A stretch of DNA of 64,000 nucleotides from Monocercomonoides exilis PA203 (GCA_001643675.2 LSRY02000041.1:496001-560000), one strand, 5' to 3'; positions 1-14,700 are shown, counted from the first letter of the stretch. The notes: generated from the letters alone by a model not told the origin. Made by a program: numbers and translations.

Positions 1-3000
1 ATGCCACTTCCATTATTCTGCTAACTGCATCAATTCCGGCTGTTGCTACTTCTTCCTTCCCAAATATCAGAATATTCAACAAAAACGCTGTCAAAACAGG
101 GCGAAGTGAAGAAGAAGAAGAAGAGGGAGAGGAAGAAGAAGACAAACGAGATGAGGAAATTGATGAAGAGGCAGTTGAAGGAATAAATTCTTGTTCCGTT
201 TTGAGTTGTTCTGAGTTTGTTACATCTTCTTTTTCAGCCAAGTTGATGATCGATGGATGGATAGGTGATATAGATTCCATTTCAGGCAAATCGCTCTTAT
301 CTTTCGACTCTTTCTCCTTTTCATCCTCTTCTCTTTTCTTCCTTCTTCTTTCTTTTCCTTCTTCCCTCGCAAAAGAACTGATAAAACAGCATAGAAGCTC
401 CACTGATGTCTGTGTAACAAGAACAAGCGATTCTTCCCATTGCTTTTGCGGTGTGTTGCGAGTATGGTGCATCAGAACACCAGAGGAAGAAGAAGAAGAT
501 GATGATAACGAAGAAGAAGAAGATGTTGATGAAGAAGAACGATAGAATTGAGAGGAAGAAGCAGAGGGAGGAGGAGGAAGAGAAAGCGTTGGAGGAATCA
601 AAGAAGCATAAGAAGAGCCAGGCGAAGGCGATGAATTTGCAGGTGAAGAATCGTTCTTCATCAAATGTGCACTTTCAACCTCCATCCACATTGCCTGTGC
701 AGTTGGCAACAGATACTCTGCCACAACAGAAGAAGCAAGAGAAGAAAGAGAAAAGAACCAGCGATGCGACGAGAGAAGAGAAGAAAGCGAATGAAGCGCC
801 GCTGTCCGCACTTCCACTCGCGTGTCCAGCGAAAGAGAAGTCAACTTTTCAATGATCAGAGAAAGGGATGGGCGGATAGAAGCTAACGTGGGGCAAACAA
901 AATGAGAAGATGAAGTGTCAAATGAAGGCTTCTTTGGCAATTCGTCTCTTTTCGTGTTCTTCTCGTTGTTTTCTATATCCATCATGTTCTTGTCTCTTCC
1001 TGATTTCTCAAATGTTATTGTTGGCTGCCTCACTTTCACTCTTCCCAAAAATGCTTTCTTCTCCTCCCAACATATCCTGCACAGACAAACAGGCTTTTCC
1101 CTCACAACTTCCCCTTCAAACACGACCAACTCGTCGTCTGCAATTGAGGCTGAAGAATACACAGAAACGGATGAGGATGAGGATGAATGTGAATGTGTTT
1201 GTGTGAGTGAGTAGAATCCTTCCACCATTGCTTTCTCTTCTTCGTCTCTCCAAAGATTTTGATATTCAAATTCTTCATCAAACACGTCATTGAATTCATT
1301 CACCCTCTCCTCTTCATCTGTCTCTTCTTTCTCTTTTCCATCTCCTTTTCTACTGAATCTTTTGTTCCTTTCTCTCCTCCTCCACTTCTTCTGCTTCATC
1401 TTCCATTCTTCATGCTTCTCCCCAACTTTCACCAGAATGTCTGCAATTTCCCAGATGTATTCGATCGACGAAAGCGACAAGTTCAAACTTGTTTTTTGCT
1501 TTGCAAACTGGAAAAGATGTTCAGAAAGAAGCAAAAGCGATGAAAGAGAAAGAGATGAAGAAGAAGTGATTGGAGAAGAAGGCAGAAAAGACAAAGTTGA
1601 ACGAGAAGAACGAAACTGCCTCGAACACAAAGAAATTGAATCAGATTGTCTTTTAACTGAAGCTAACTGAGAAGATGAAGAAGATTTTCCATTCAAAGTT
1701 TTCTTTAAATTAAACGGAGCAGGCAATGAACTGAGATACATCAGGGGAGTGGAGGAAACAAATGTCGAAGTGGATGAATTCTCCAAAATCGACTGAATAA
1801 TTCGAAACAGCAGCGGATAATGGCTTGTTCTGTTGGACGAAATCGCAGATGGAGATGCAGGCAAAGCAGAAAACGCAGAAGAAGAACAGAATTCAATCGG
1901 AGCAAGCGAGCGGATGATGATTGGCCAGTCGATTTCAGCCGTCAAGTAAAAAGACCACGACGACAGAAACGTGAAGAATGAGGAGCATATTCGCTTTTTC
2001 ACGTCTTCAAACGGAGAAGACAAAAACACATAGAACAATGAAGTCAGCAGGCTTGTAATACATCTGTGTGTGAAAAGAAATGGTGGCAAGAACGTTCGTT
2101 CGATCGCTTTTACAATCATTTTTTTGGTCTTTGTATATTTCTGTGAGCTTTCATTCTTTTCATTCGTTGAAAAAACGCTTCCTACTTTTTCATTTGAATC
2201 ACTCTTTCTTTCTTCCTCCTTTTCGACTTGACTTTTGTATCTCTCTTTGTCTTTATATTCGTTTTTGTCGTCTTTCCCAAAGAAACATATGCACACCTCA
2301 TCAAAATTCATGTACTTTCTCTTTTCTCCTTCGTCTCCCACTTCTTCCATTTCTTTCCTTCTTTCTTCAAAATCATACAACTCCGGTGGTATTGTTGGTA
2401 TTATCAGTCCTCCTGTTTCTTCATCTCCAATTATTTCATTCAACTTTTCCTCCTCCTCCTTCTCCGCTTCTGTTTCATCCTTTTTCTTCTTTTCCTTCTC
2501 CTTCTCCTTCGCCTCCTCCTTTTCCTTCCTCAGCTTCATTTCTCTTCTTTCAATCATTTCTTCTGTCCATCTCACCATCCCATCTCCTGCCTCGTAATAC
2601 AGAAACAAAGAAAGAAGATACAAAAACGCCTCCACTGCAATTGCCCTCACTTCCTCACACGCAGAAAATAACAGTCGAAACAGCAGCGGAAGAACAAGAA
2701 GCTGAAGGAATGACTCCGTTCTGTAGATGTTCAACCGAACCACATCCAACAACTGCAGAAATGGAAGGGCATATGGAAGAAGAGAGAGAGGAGTCAAGGA
2801 AAGCGGAATGTCAGGGAGGAGAAGAAGAGGAGAAAGAGAAAGAACAGATTGAGAGTTGTTGTTTTCATCTTCGCAAATAACATTTCGAAGCATTCCAATA
2901 GATGAACTTGATACAAAAGAAGAAGAAGATGATGATGAAGATAAAGAAGAAGAAGTTATCTTTGCAAATTTTGAGGGAGTTGTTATCTGATGCACAACAG

Positions 3001-6000
3001 AAGCAGGCGACGAAGGGAATGCCGAAGCAGATGAATGATACAAAAGAGAAACCGAAGGAGAAGACGAAAGACTATCTGCAAAAGCTGAAGAGATCGGCTC
3101 TGGCACAGAAAGAGGGAGGCACAGCTGATCGCAATTTGACGGTGAGCAAACAAATGCTGCTGTTGAAGACGAATTAAATGAGATTTTGCAGATTAGAACA
3201 GAAGGCGATGGCTTGACTGTTCCATCTCCTTCTTCCCCTTTGAATGGAAGGCCAAAATGATTTGTCTTCATTGTGCTCTGCTGCAGCTGATAGGATGAAT
3301 ATGGTGTCATTGAAATAGAAGCAGAAGCAGAAGAGGATGAAGACGATGTGGAAAGTGAAGAAGGTGTAGCTGAAGACGAAAGATTGTGTGGAGTGAACAT
3401 TTTCTTTGTGCTCTGGTTCAGAATTCCAATGTGCTTTTCAGATCGATCGATCGAAGGTGTAGACAATGCAGAAGAAGAAGAAGATGATGATGAAGCAACC
3501 ACAACTGGTGAATGAATGTTTGCCACAGCCAAATTTGACTGGACAAGCGAAGGAGTCGAAGGTGATTGGATCATCGAGGCAGACGAAAGAGCAGAAGGAA
3601 GAGGAGAGGAAAGAGCTGAAGCCGGAGAAGACAAAGAAGCAGGAGAGCCAGCTGCCACGTGTGGAGGCGGAGGAAACGATCTTTTGAAGGGTTTTGCATC
3701 TTTGCTTTTCTGCTGCTCATCCAAAGCAGTGCTCTTTCTTTCTTTCTCTTTCTCTTTCTCTTTCTCTTTCTCCTTCCTCTTCTCTCTGTCCAGCTTCCTC
3801 CTCATTTGAACGACCATTCTGTGAGCTTCCAGCGCAAACAGGAACAAGCGATAGTCAGAAGGAGGCACCAAAAACGAAGGAGATAGAATGTGTCGGAAAT
3901 CAGGTGACGACAAAGAGGAAGAGGAGGATGAGGAACATGAAGAAAGAGAGGAAGAAGAGGAAGAAGAAGGAGAATAAAGAAGTGACAAATACTCTTTCTC
4001 TTTCTCCTTTTCACTCTCTTTGTCTTTCTCCTTTTCTTTCTCTCTTTCCTTCTCTTTTTCTCTTTCTCTTTCTCTCTCCTTCTCTCTTTCCCTTTCTTTT
4101 TCCTTTTCTTTCTCCTTCTCTTTCTCTCGCACAATCCCAAATGCAGTCAGCGATCCTTCCGCTGCTTCTGCAAGTGCCGAAGCAAACATCACAACAGACG
4201 GAAGAGGCAACGCACGAGAATCAGCCAAAAGCCATGCAAAATGTGTCAGAAGCGACAAAACTTCGCAAGTTGGAGCAGAAAAGAGAGAGGCAGAAGAGTT
4301 GACGAGTGGCGAGCACATGCGAGAAGGAGAGGAAGTGAGCGGAAATGGATAGAAACCCGTCTGACAGAACACGTTTTTCTCAGTCTCTGAGAAGAGAAGC
4401 AAAATGATGTTCCAGCAAGACGCCGGAAGCGAAGAGCAATGCTTTCGGATGATGGTGAACAGACACTCGAAGGCAAGTGAATGAGACGTGTTGAACATGA
4501 ACGGAGGGAACAGTGAAGAAGAGTCTGTGTTCCACAGCTTCTGCTGCCTACCCAAAGCAATCAACGAGTTGGCTTCACATTTGGCTCGTTCTTCATCAAA
4601 AACTGTTATTGAATTGTCTTCTTCTGATGAATTTTGCTGCTCATCGACTTCTTCTATTTGTCTCAATTCTTCTTTTTCATCGTCTTTTCTGTTGTTTTCT
4701 TTTCTTTTCTCTTCCATCACGTTCTTCCTTCTCTGCAAAACAGACGAAGCAGAAGAAGGAGAAGAAGAGGCAGAAGAAGAGGCAGACGTTCCAAGCGGAG
4801 CAAACATCGACTGCATTGGCTCAGCCCCAGTTTTCGCCAAGTTCTCATTCTCTTCCTCGCTCACATCAGCCACAGCTGCTGCTGAAGACACAACCAAACC
4901 CCACCGCAGCTGAGGAGTGTTCCACACACGGAAAGAAGAAGGTAAGCAAACAGAGGCAATTGAATGGACACAGGCAGTGAGGAGCAAAGGGAGGTCGTAG
5001 TTGATGCAGCAGATGCACAGCGAATAGAGATGAGAGAGAGAAACAATGAGGAGATTGTCATTCACACCAGAAATGCTGCTCAGGTTCAGAGAGCTTTGGG
5101 AAGAGGAGTTGGAGGATATTCCCATCAAATTGCTGACATTCCCAGAAAGAGAAGAGGAAGAAGAAGAGGAAGAAGAGGATGAGGAAGAGGAAGAAGTCAA
5201 AGATGATGAAGATTGGGATGATTGAGAATTAGAAGCAGAGGATGAGGAAGAGAAAGAGGCAAAAGTGATGTTGTGCTGAGTGAGATAAAGCGAAAGATAA
5301 GAAATGCCATGAAGAAGAGTCGGAATGACACGAATGAGAAGACGGCGATCAAAAGAGAATGACAAAGAGGAAGAGTATGCATGAAATGAAGAGGAAGAGG
5401 AAGAGGAAGTTAAAGAGGAGGAAGAAGATGATGATGAGAAAGATGAAGGAATAATACTCTTCAATGGTTGTTCGTTATCATCTTCGTTTTCTTCGTTTAC
5501 TTCTTCTTCTTCTTCTTCAATTCGAGTTTTAATTTTCGCTTTTTTGCTTGAAGATGCAATGACACATACACTTTTCACTGCGCAAAACAAAGCATCAATT
5601 GCAGTCTTTAACAATAACTCGTCAACAGAAGATGAGGCAGAAGAAGAGGAAGAGGAAGAAGAGGAGGAGGAAGAGGAAGAAGAAGATGACTGAAATGAAG
5701 TTGAAGTCAAAGGATCATATTGTGAATCATAAGGACGATAAAACGAAGGCTTAAGAGAATTTGAAGGAAGTGAGCCGAAAGAAGAAGAAGAAAGCAAAGA
5801 AGAGCTTGAAGAAGAAGAAGAAGAAGATGATGATGATGATTGAGCAGATGATGATGAAAATGGAGTAAGCGATGGCAGATTCATAGAAGAAGGAGAAGAT
5901 GATGACGAAGAAGACGATGAGGAAGACGAAGATGAATTGGAAGAAGAAGAAGAAGAGGACGAAGAGGATGAAAGAGAAGTTGAGTTTATTCCGCTGTTGA

Positions 6001-7427
6001 CAAAGCCATCAGCTGGCAGATAATGCAGAAGTGTTCTGACAGGCGCAGCAAACAACTCGAGAAAGACAGAAGAAGGAAGAAGAGAAGGCTGCTTAGAATG
6101 AGAGCGAAGATGAGAATTGAGTGAATAGGAAGAAGGAGAAAAGGAAGGAGTGGATGAAAATGAAGAAGAAGAGGAAGAAGAGGAAGAAGAAGAAGAAGAA
6201 GAGGAGGAGGAGGAAGGAGAAGCGTGATGTGGATGATTTGCGTTGTATGAATGGAAAGTGAATGGCGGATGCAGAGAGAAAAAGGGAAGAAACGAAACAG
6301 CACGAAAGATCAACTGAGGTGAAATGATACTTTGAGGGGTTGATGATGATGAAGATGAAGATGAAGAAGGAGGAGGATGAGGAAGAGGAAGAGGAAGTGA
6401 TTGCAGTGTCTGGGAGGAAGAAGAAGAAGAAGAAGAGGTGTTTGATTGAGAAACAGTTGAGGTGAAAGGCGACGCATTCAAAGAAGCAGGTGAAGGAGTG
6501 ATGATTTGCATGATGTGCTTCACTTCTTTGTTTTCTGCCACTTTTGAGCTGACAAATGGATGAGGCAGAAAAGAAGAAGAAGGCGAATTGTCAACAGCTT
6601 CGTTTGAGAAGTCAACAACCATCCCTTCTTTGATGCTTTTGTCTTGTTCAATTTCCTTCTCTTTCTCTTTCTCTTTCTCTTTTTCTTTTTCCTTCTTCTC
6701 ATCCATCATTCGAATCATCTTTTCCCTCATTTTTATTTCTCTTGCCTCTATTTGCTTTGATATTTCTTCTTCTTTCCCATTTCCTTCTCTCTCTGTTCTT
6801 CCTTCTTCTGTTCCATTCACTTTACTCTCTTCAATTCCCAATGGTTCAGGAACTTGTTCTTCTTCATCAATTTTTGCTTCTCCTTCTTTGCTCTCAGATG
6901 ATTGTTGATTTGTTTCATCTTTCATTTTTGCTTCTTCGTCTATCTCCTCTTTCTCTTCCTTTCCACTTTTCAATTCCGCATCTTTAATCTCTCTTTCCCT
7001 CTTTCTTCTCTCCTCCTCCTTCTCTCTTTCTCTCTCTCTCCTCCTCCTCCTCTCCTTCCACCTCCTCCATTCCTCCACAAACACTCCTTCATCCTCCTCC
7101 ACTCCCTCGTCGTTCTGCTCAAACAGCACAAAAAAGCTCCTCAAAAGAAACGGGAACGACAGAATGCTCCGCAAACACCGCATCGCCACCATCTTCTCCG
7201 CCGTCTCGTTCGAATAGCACATCGAAGAGAGCACAGAAAGAAGCATGCAGCATTCAATGGGGAGCAAGTCTGCGAGATGGGCAGTGATGAGAAAAGTGAT
7301 GTTTGCAACGTGCTGAAGTGCCTCGCTTTCTTTGGCTGAAGCAGAAGGAAGAGAGGAGACACGGATGATGCGCTTGGTGGATGTGAAGGAAGGAACAGAA
7401 ATGGAAGAAGAGGAAGAGGATGAGGAA

Positions 7428-7459
<32 letters not shown>

Positions 7460-10450
7460 AGATAATGATGAAACTGAAGCAGAAAGAGGAGAAAGAGATG
7501 ATGAAGCGATTGCCTGCATGTTCAGTAAGTGAGAATCTTCCAATGAGAAATACGAAGGGAAGTGATAACATTGCTCCATTGAAGCAATATTTTCCTCGGA
7601 AAGCAGAGAAAAATGATGAGTTGAGGCAAAAGAAGTTCGAAATCCTTTTCTCAAGGCGAGTTCTTCTGTCTTGTTTGTTTTGTTTGTTTTGTTTGTCTTG
7701 TAAGCTTTGCTGTTAATATCTTTGCCTTTTGTTATTTTTTCTGTGTCCAGTTGCTCTCTTCTCTTCACAAAGATCTGCTCCAAATATTTGATTGGGGAAT
7801 ATGGAAAAGCCAGCTTGGAGGAAGAAGAGCGCAAAAGAGGCAGTTTCTCCGCGGAGATAAACGGAAACGGATGATGAATGTGGAGTGGATGGAGATGGAG
7901 CATCGAAGCAGAGGGAGAGGAAGACAATGCAGAGGAAGAAGAAGAAGAAGAGGAGGAGGAAGAAGAAGAAGAAGAACTGGAAGAAGAGTGAAGAAGCGGA
8001 GAAGCAGATAAGCCAGGCAATGATTGAGAAGACAGATTGGATGAGGAGGAATACGAGGAAGAGGTCAAATATGCGAGCGAGGAAGGCGGATGGATGTCGA
8101 TTCCAGCCAAAAACGAGTCTGAAACAGAAAGAGAAGCAAGCCGCCCCAAAAACAGCGAGGAGACAGACAAGTTTTGGATGAGCTGGTCTTCGGAAAAGGG
8201 GAGTTCTCTATTTGACGAAGAAGAAGAGGAAGAAAAGGAGGAAGAGGAGGAGAGGGAGGAGGATGAGAAGAAAGTTGACAAAAGAGAAGAACTTTTGACA
8301 CTCGACACATTCGAGCGAAGAGAAGATAATGTTTCATTTTTCTTGTTTTCTGATTGTTTTGATTCTTTCTTGTCTTCTTTAAGTTTCTCATTTTCCTTCT
8401 CTTTGTTATTATCATTCACTTCTTTTGTCTTCTTTTCCTCCTTCTGTCTTTCATCATCTTCTTCCTCTTCCATCTTCTGCATGTTCCTTTCCCACACTTC
8501 ATCAGAGGCATCCCAAATGTTTCTTTCTCTGATCTCTTTCTTTCCTCTCAGCATCTGCTCCAAAATGTTAATGTGCTTCTTTTCCTTCTTTTCGTCGACC
8601 GAAACAAACAAAGTGGATGAATTGGGCATAGTTTGCGAAGGCTGGCTTTGAATGGAAGAGGAAGTGGAATAAGACGAATACGATGAAGCAGATGATGATG
8701 ATGATGGATAAGACACAAAAGAAGAAGAAGAAGCAGACGTTGATTGCATTGCCTGGGAATAAGAAGTCGAAGGATAAGCCGATGCATTCAACGACTCCAA
8801 TGAGAAGCAAGAGAGTGAAGACAGCTGGCTTGCAATGAATCCACATCTCTTCTGTACCGCCCGCCAGTAATGTGGATGCACCGAGCAGCAGTCAAGAAGC
8901 ATGGGAATCAGCTTCTGCTGGAAAAGAGAGAGGAAATAAGAGCGGAGCGGAGAATTTCGCACGGCCAGGAAGAATGCTGGGGTCAAAAGAGACTCCAGCA
9001 GCTCCCAGCCCAAAGTGCCTTTGAAAGGCTCGGCTTTGAAATAGAAGGATGTGAATGAAGAATTGGAAGAAGAAGATGATGATAAGGAAGAAGAAGAAGA
9101 GGACGATGATGATGATGATGATGATGTGGAGGAAAATGAGGAGAAAGAAGAAGATGGCAAAGAAGCGAATGATGAGAAGGAAGATAAAGATGCAGGTGAT
9201 GAAGAAGAAGACGATGAAGAAAGAGGATCGCCTCCGATGATGCTTTGCAAATGGAGTGGATAATTGCCTCCAGAAAGCATATCCACAACCTCAGAAAGCA
9301 CAACAAAGCAGCTCCAACTATTTTCTGCCATGGCAGAAGGAGAAGAGGAGGAAGAAGAAGAGGAAGAGGAAGATGATGTGGATGATGACGACGACGATGA
9401 TGAAGTTGGCATACCCTTGAGTGCAGGAGGAGGTGGAGGTGGTTTGGGGAACTTGCTTGATGCTGGCGAAGAGGAAGACGCTGAAGAAGACGGCTGTTTT
9501 GCTGGAGTACTGACACTATGCTGTGTCGACGTTGACAGAGGAGGCAAAGAAGTCTGAGAAGAAGATGTTGATTGAGAAGAGTTTGGAGAAGCCAAAACAG
9601 AAGATGTAAATTGCTCGCAAATAGACAATGTAATATGTCTTACAGAAGCAACAGCAAAATGACTGATCTTTTGAGACTTACTGTTCACATATCGAAACGG
9701 ATAGCATAAAATCTTGCTAAGATCTTTTCCAGACACTTTGTTTGGTGGAGTAATGCATCCTTGACAAATTTGAAGAATATGTTGCACGATCGTCTCATCT
9801 GCAGAATGCTCTCTAATTGCAGTGTGCGAAATAAATTGCAATTATGTTTTAACAATAATTTTGTACAAAATTTTTAATTTCTGCAAAAAAAAATAATAAA
9901 AAAATACTTTAAAATTTCATCGAACACTGATGGAATTGAAAGTGACATTGATGACTATATTCAAGTCCAGAAACATTAGCTGATATAAAATGAAACAATG
10001 CAAACTATTGAAACAACACCAATTGACACCAGATATTTCAAGAGTTCAAGAGCAGGAATTAACGTTTTCTGTTTGTTAATCTTCATAGCCTCGACCAAAA
10101 TTGGCAAAATTAATGTATCGCTGCTAAGTTCTATTCAAATAAACCAACATCATGATATATTATAGAAAATAATAAAAAATCGATTAGGTTTTGAAAAGGC
10201 AATAATCTTTAATGAAAAACATACCACTCAGAACTTTTGAGTCATTTTTTTGGTTCAGCAATTTGACAAACTCCATTGCCAATCTTATTCGCTTTTGAAG
10301 GTTAAAAAATAAAAATTGCAATAAATATGACTTTAAACGTGAAAAAATGAAAGATAATCCAACCGCCTTCAATGATTCTTCCTTTCTCCCAATGCTTTGA
10401 GACAATTTATCGAAATGAGACAAAATTTGTGTTGCAATGGAAGATGTCAT
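1..10450 (-). CDS. MON2: MON2-like (Sec7/BIG-related ARM scaffold, DCB + HUS/Sec7_N regions), hugely expanded by low-complexity inserts; 3' end lies outside the window. Predicted exons 10450-10364, 10291-10225, 10130-10006, 9954-9908, 9812-<1
   Basis: Four phase-consistent GT..AG introns (10363-10292, 10224-10131, 10005-9955, 9907-9813) give MTSSIATQILSHFDKLSQSIGRKEESLKA-RIRLAMEF...LIPALELLKYLVS...EHSADETIVQHILQICQ...KDLSKILCYPFRY...SHFAVASVRHITLSI, which resembles the Mon2 DCB domain. Later TLGWELLESLL...LFQQKLIPMLL resembles HUS. The last exon is in the same frame at 9811, 2053 and the window edge; I sampled it rather than checking every codon. It is absent from the ORF track, consistent with no stop inside the window. 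Confidence 0.72.
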
Positions 10451-11007
10451 TGAAAAACTCTTGAAAAATCACAAAAATAGGCTGATGGTATTTTTGATCT
10501 CTGACAACAAAATGGAACCACAAATAAATAGGTTCAAAAGACATATTGAATGTAAAATATGCATTTTTCAAGCATTGATGTCATTTTGGAAAAAGTATCC
10601 TTCGATATTACAATTTCTCCGTTGTTTTTTTATGTTTCGTTTTATTTTATTTAAAAAAAAACTCTATTAACAAAATAAAAATTTGTAGAAAGATAACTTT
10701 TATAAACTTAAAAATTCTTTTTTTAAAATCAATCCAAAATTATGACATGAACGTTTTATTTTTTGAACTCATGTTTGAAGTTGATTGTTTTAAAAAAAAT
10801 TATAACCAAATTGATATTTTTAATTAATTGTAAATCCTTTTTAGTCAATCAAGCTAATCCATAAATTCTTTTGGAAAATGATTTTGAAAATCAGTTTTTC
10901 TAACAATTTGAAAAAATAATTTACTCATTTCGTTTAAAAAAGCAACAAATTTATAAAGAATTGATTTTTTGCACTTCAATGAAAAATATTAGAAATAAAT
11001 GACTTTG

Positions 11008-11027
11008 AATGTGTTAATAAACACATT
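11008..11027 (-). promoter_or_regulatory. Candidate histone 3' stem-loop (H2A)
   Basis: mRNA sense AAUGUGUU-UAUU-AACACAUU, 8-bp stem with a 4-nt loop, about 27 nt after the stop; the same core occurs after H2B. Confidence 0.5.
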
Positions 11028-11054
11028 TGAAAACATTTAACTTAAATTTATGAT

Positions 11055-11504
11055 TTACTCCTCATCTTCGTTTCCAGTCTTGGATTTCTTTGGAATAAGA
11101 GCACTGTGGATGTTGGGCATCACACCTCCTGATGGAACGGTGATGTGTGACAGAAGTTTGTTCAACTCTTCGTCGTTGCGGATGGCCAACTGGATGTGTC
11201 TCGGAACAATTCTCTGCTTCTTGTGGTCGCGCGATGCGTTTCCTGCAAGCTCCAACACTTCCGCTGTTAAGTATTCCAAAACTGCTGCCAAGTACACTGG
11301 CGCTCCTGCTCCAATTCTCTCGGCATAGCTTCCTTGGTGCAGCAGACGGTGGATACGCCCAACTGGGAACTGCAATCCTGCACGCTCTGAGCGAGACTTC
11401 GATTTCTTGTCTCCGTCGGCTTTCTTCACACGCACTGGTGCTTTCTTTGCAACCTCAACACGCTTCTTGTCTGTGGCTGGTGAATCGACTTTCTTTGCTG
11501 GCAT
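11055..11504 (-). CDS. H2A: Histone H2A, intronless
   Basis: [19 protein letters not shown]...[25 protein letters not shown]...[18 protein letters not shown]; ends TAA; no C-terminal SQ(E/D) motif. Confidence 0.98.
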   Translation of the reverse strand: MPAKKVDSPATDKKRVEVAKKAPVRVKKADGDKKSKSRSERAGLQFPVGRIHRLLHQGSYAERIGAGAPVYLAAVLEYLTAEVLELAGNASRDHKKQRIVPRHIQLAIRNDEELNKLLSHITVPSGGVMPNIHSALIPKKSKTGNEDEE

Positions 11505-11702
11505 GATTATTTATTTTCAAAGATATTCTTTCTTTGCTTGGGTTTTGCCATTTTCTCTCCTCCCTTTTGTATCAACACCTTTCGATTTCTTCCTTTTTTG
11601 CGCACAATTATCTCTTATAAATCATGGGCCAGATCTTCATTTTTAATTTAGAATCAAATTACGTGATATTGACCCAGAAAATTTGTGCGTGCTGTGTTGC
11701 AT
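11505..11702. promoter_or_regulatory. Probable bidirectional promoter between H2A and the RRM gene
   Basis: The two divergent ATGs (11504 on -, 11703 on +) are only about 200 bp apart. Confidence 0.5.
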
Positions 11703-14700
11703 ATGACAAATTATATTAAAAATGTTTCAGATGAAGAGATTTCCAATTTTTCTGATTGTTCATCGATTGTGAGGATTGATATTAACGATTATAAAATTTC
11801 ATTAGACGCAATTACAGAAACTTTTAAACCATTTGGAAACATTTTAGAAATATCTCTTCATCGTGAATTTCATAAAGATGAAACCAAACAATTTGCAGAA
11901 GTAATTTTTGAAAATTCTTGTGACGCAAAGAATTCCTTCGCAAAGCTTAATAATACCAAAATATTTGGAGAAAGCACTCCAGTAATCATGCAATTTGTGA
12001 ATTTTCCTTTAAACTCTCGCTTTGCAAAAATTCAAAACGAGAGCGTATCTACAAAGGAGTTATCTTTAACTGCAAACGAGAAGAGCCAAAAAATTCTTCC
12101 ACCTTCAATTCAGAATTTAAGTGCTTCTTCAGTTAATATTAAATCTTCATCGAAAACTTTAAAATTAGAGGCAAATGAACATTTTGAATCGAACTCAAAA
12201 AAAGGAAATCGAAAACAAAACGATAGGCATTTCCAGAAAAAAGAAGTCAGCGATTCAACAGAAGAACCAAACGGTGAACAAAATTCATGTTCAAAGCTCA
12301 CTTCAGATCCAACATTGGAATTAGCAATCAAAGTTTCTTCACCTTCTTCCTCTTCCACTTCCTCTGCTCGCACTGATGAAATTAAAACTTCAGGGTTGAA
12401 TCTATCGCTTCCACCGCCTCCTCCTCCTTTATCATCTTCTCTTTCTCCTTCCTCAAATACCCCCATTTCATCCGCTAACACACAGAAACACGCAAAACCT
12501 TCAAGAAATTTCCTTGTAACTTCTCCAATAACACCACATTCTTCTGCTTATGCTCCATTATCAGCAACTGGAGCCAGCCATTTCTACTCGTTCCACTCTT
12601 ATTCCCTTCCTTCTTCTCCAACATCGCTTCTTTCTCGCTCTTCTTTTCCTTCTTCTTCACCTTCTTCTTTTCAGCAGCAGCAGCAGTCTGAGCAAAAGAA
12701 GGCAAGTGACACTTCAAAAGTTGATAAAGATAACCAAAATTTATCTTCGTCATCATCATCTTCTCATTCTGATAATTCTGACAATTCCATTTCAAATCCC
12801 ACTTCAACCACTTCTTCGTCACCTTCACAAAGCAACAACATGTCTAAGACTCTCGTCTCACCCATCATGTCAGCTCACAATTCTCCTTCTTCTTCTGCTT
12901 CTTCTTCTGTTTCATCTTCTTCTTCTTCTACGCGTTCATCTTCAATTTCCCTTCTTCCTTCTTCCTCTTTTCCACTTCATTCTTCTTCTCCTTCTTCTTC
13001 TTCCTCTTCCTCTTCCTCCTCTCACAATTTAGCAGGCAGAGATCCCTCTGCTTCTCTCCCTTCATTTCACCAGCATTCCATCGCTGATCTTCCAAAAGCA
13101 CCTTCTCTTCAGAATGTTTCATCTCAAATTTCTTCGTCGTCTTCTTCTTCTTCTTCTTCTTCTTCCTCTTCCTCTTCCTCTTCAAATTCCTCATTCCTCC
13201 AAACACTTTCAATCAAATGCCCTTCCTCCTCCTCTTCTTCTTCTTCCTCCTCCTCCTCCTCTTCCACTTCTTCCTCTTCCTCTTCCTCTTCCTCTCTTCT
13301 TCCCACTTTTCATTCCTATTCTGATTCCTCTTCTCCAAGAGAACCCAACATCACTGCCTTCGAATCACTTCCTCATTTGCAAAAAACAAAGAATAAACAA
13401 AGAATCAGCAAAGATAAAGAATTAAACAAAGAAGAGAACAATTGCAAAGATGGAAGATTCAATAAAGAGATAAGAAATGCTGAATTCAATGGAAATAAAA
13501 TGGATGAAAATGAAGATAAAGATAAAGATAAAGATGAAGATGAAGACAAAGAAAATGATGATCCAAAATTGAAATTTGAGAAGAAGGCGAATGTGCCAAT
13601 TGGAAGAAGAGCATCGCTTACATCATCATTTGTGCTGAAGTCGATGATACAGACACTGCAGAAAGAGAGAAAACCAGAAGAAAATGGAGGTAAAGATAAA
13701 GATGAAGATGGAGAAGAAGAAGGAGGAGAAGAGGAGGAAGAGAAAGAGAGGAAGATGAGAAAGAGAAGGAGGAAGATGAGGAGGAAGATGAAGCAGATGA
13801 AGCAGATGAGGAGGAAGAAGGAAAAAAAGGAGGATGATAAAAAGGATAATGATAAAGAAGAGGAAGGGGAAGAGGAGGAAAACTTTGAAGAGGAAGAGGA
13901 AGGAGAATTTGATGAAGAAGATAATGAGTTCGAAGAAGAAGAAGAAGAAGAAGAAAAGAAAAGTGATGAAGATTTCAACAAAGCGAAAAAAGATGTTTTG
14001 ACACAAGAAAACAAAACCAAAAATGAAAGTGATGAAGAATCCGATGTTCTTCAAACACCTGAAGCTGAAGCTGAAGAAGAAGAAGATGATGATGATGAAA
14101 CAGACACTGAAATTGAAATCGAACCCGAAAAAATCAGCAAAAAACGCCAAAAAATTCCATTTGGAACATCCAAATTTCGAAGCGAGCAAACGTGCAAACT
14201 GTCTCCTTCCTCATCCTCTTCGTTCATGATTGCCTCAAAAGTCTGCTCTTCTCGTTCTCCTTCAGCTGTGTCACAAGCCTCTTCTCCTTACTCTTGCTTC
14301 TCCTCCCCTGCCACAAGCAGCACCCCGCTTTCTTCTTCTCTGATGAAGGATTCATATGCTCCGACTCCTTCTTCGTCCTCTTCTTCTTCCTCTTCATCTT
14401 CCTCCTCCTCCTCTTCTTCTTCTTCTTCTGTTTCAACTCCTTCTTCTTCTTCTCTTTCCAGCCCATCCTCCCAAAGCCATTCCCAATCAATTGCTCATTC
14501 ATTATCTCATTCCAATTCACAATCCAGATCTAATTCTCAAATGAATTCACACAATACACCAGGAACTGAGTCACATTCTTCTTCTCATTCTGCTGTTTCT
14601 TCTTCTTCTTCTTCTTCTTCTTCTTCTCATTCTGCTTCTCATTCAATTACTCACTCTGTTGCTCACTCAACAACAGATTCTCTTTCTCATTCTGTTTCTC

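Noticed and set aside
201-9557. Dozens of short + strand ORFs rich in E/K/S/F/L
   Set aside because: Antisense or off-frame shadows of low-complexity tracts in the MON2-like exon; the same applies inside the RRM and RNF123-like genes.
10715-10800. Weak AT-rich inverted repeat (also 50100-50170)
   Set aside because: Short and mostly A/T runs; expected by chance at this composition.
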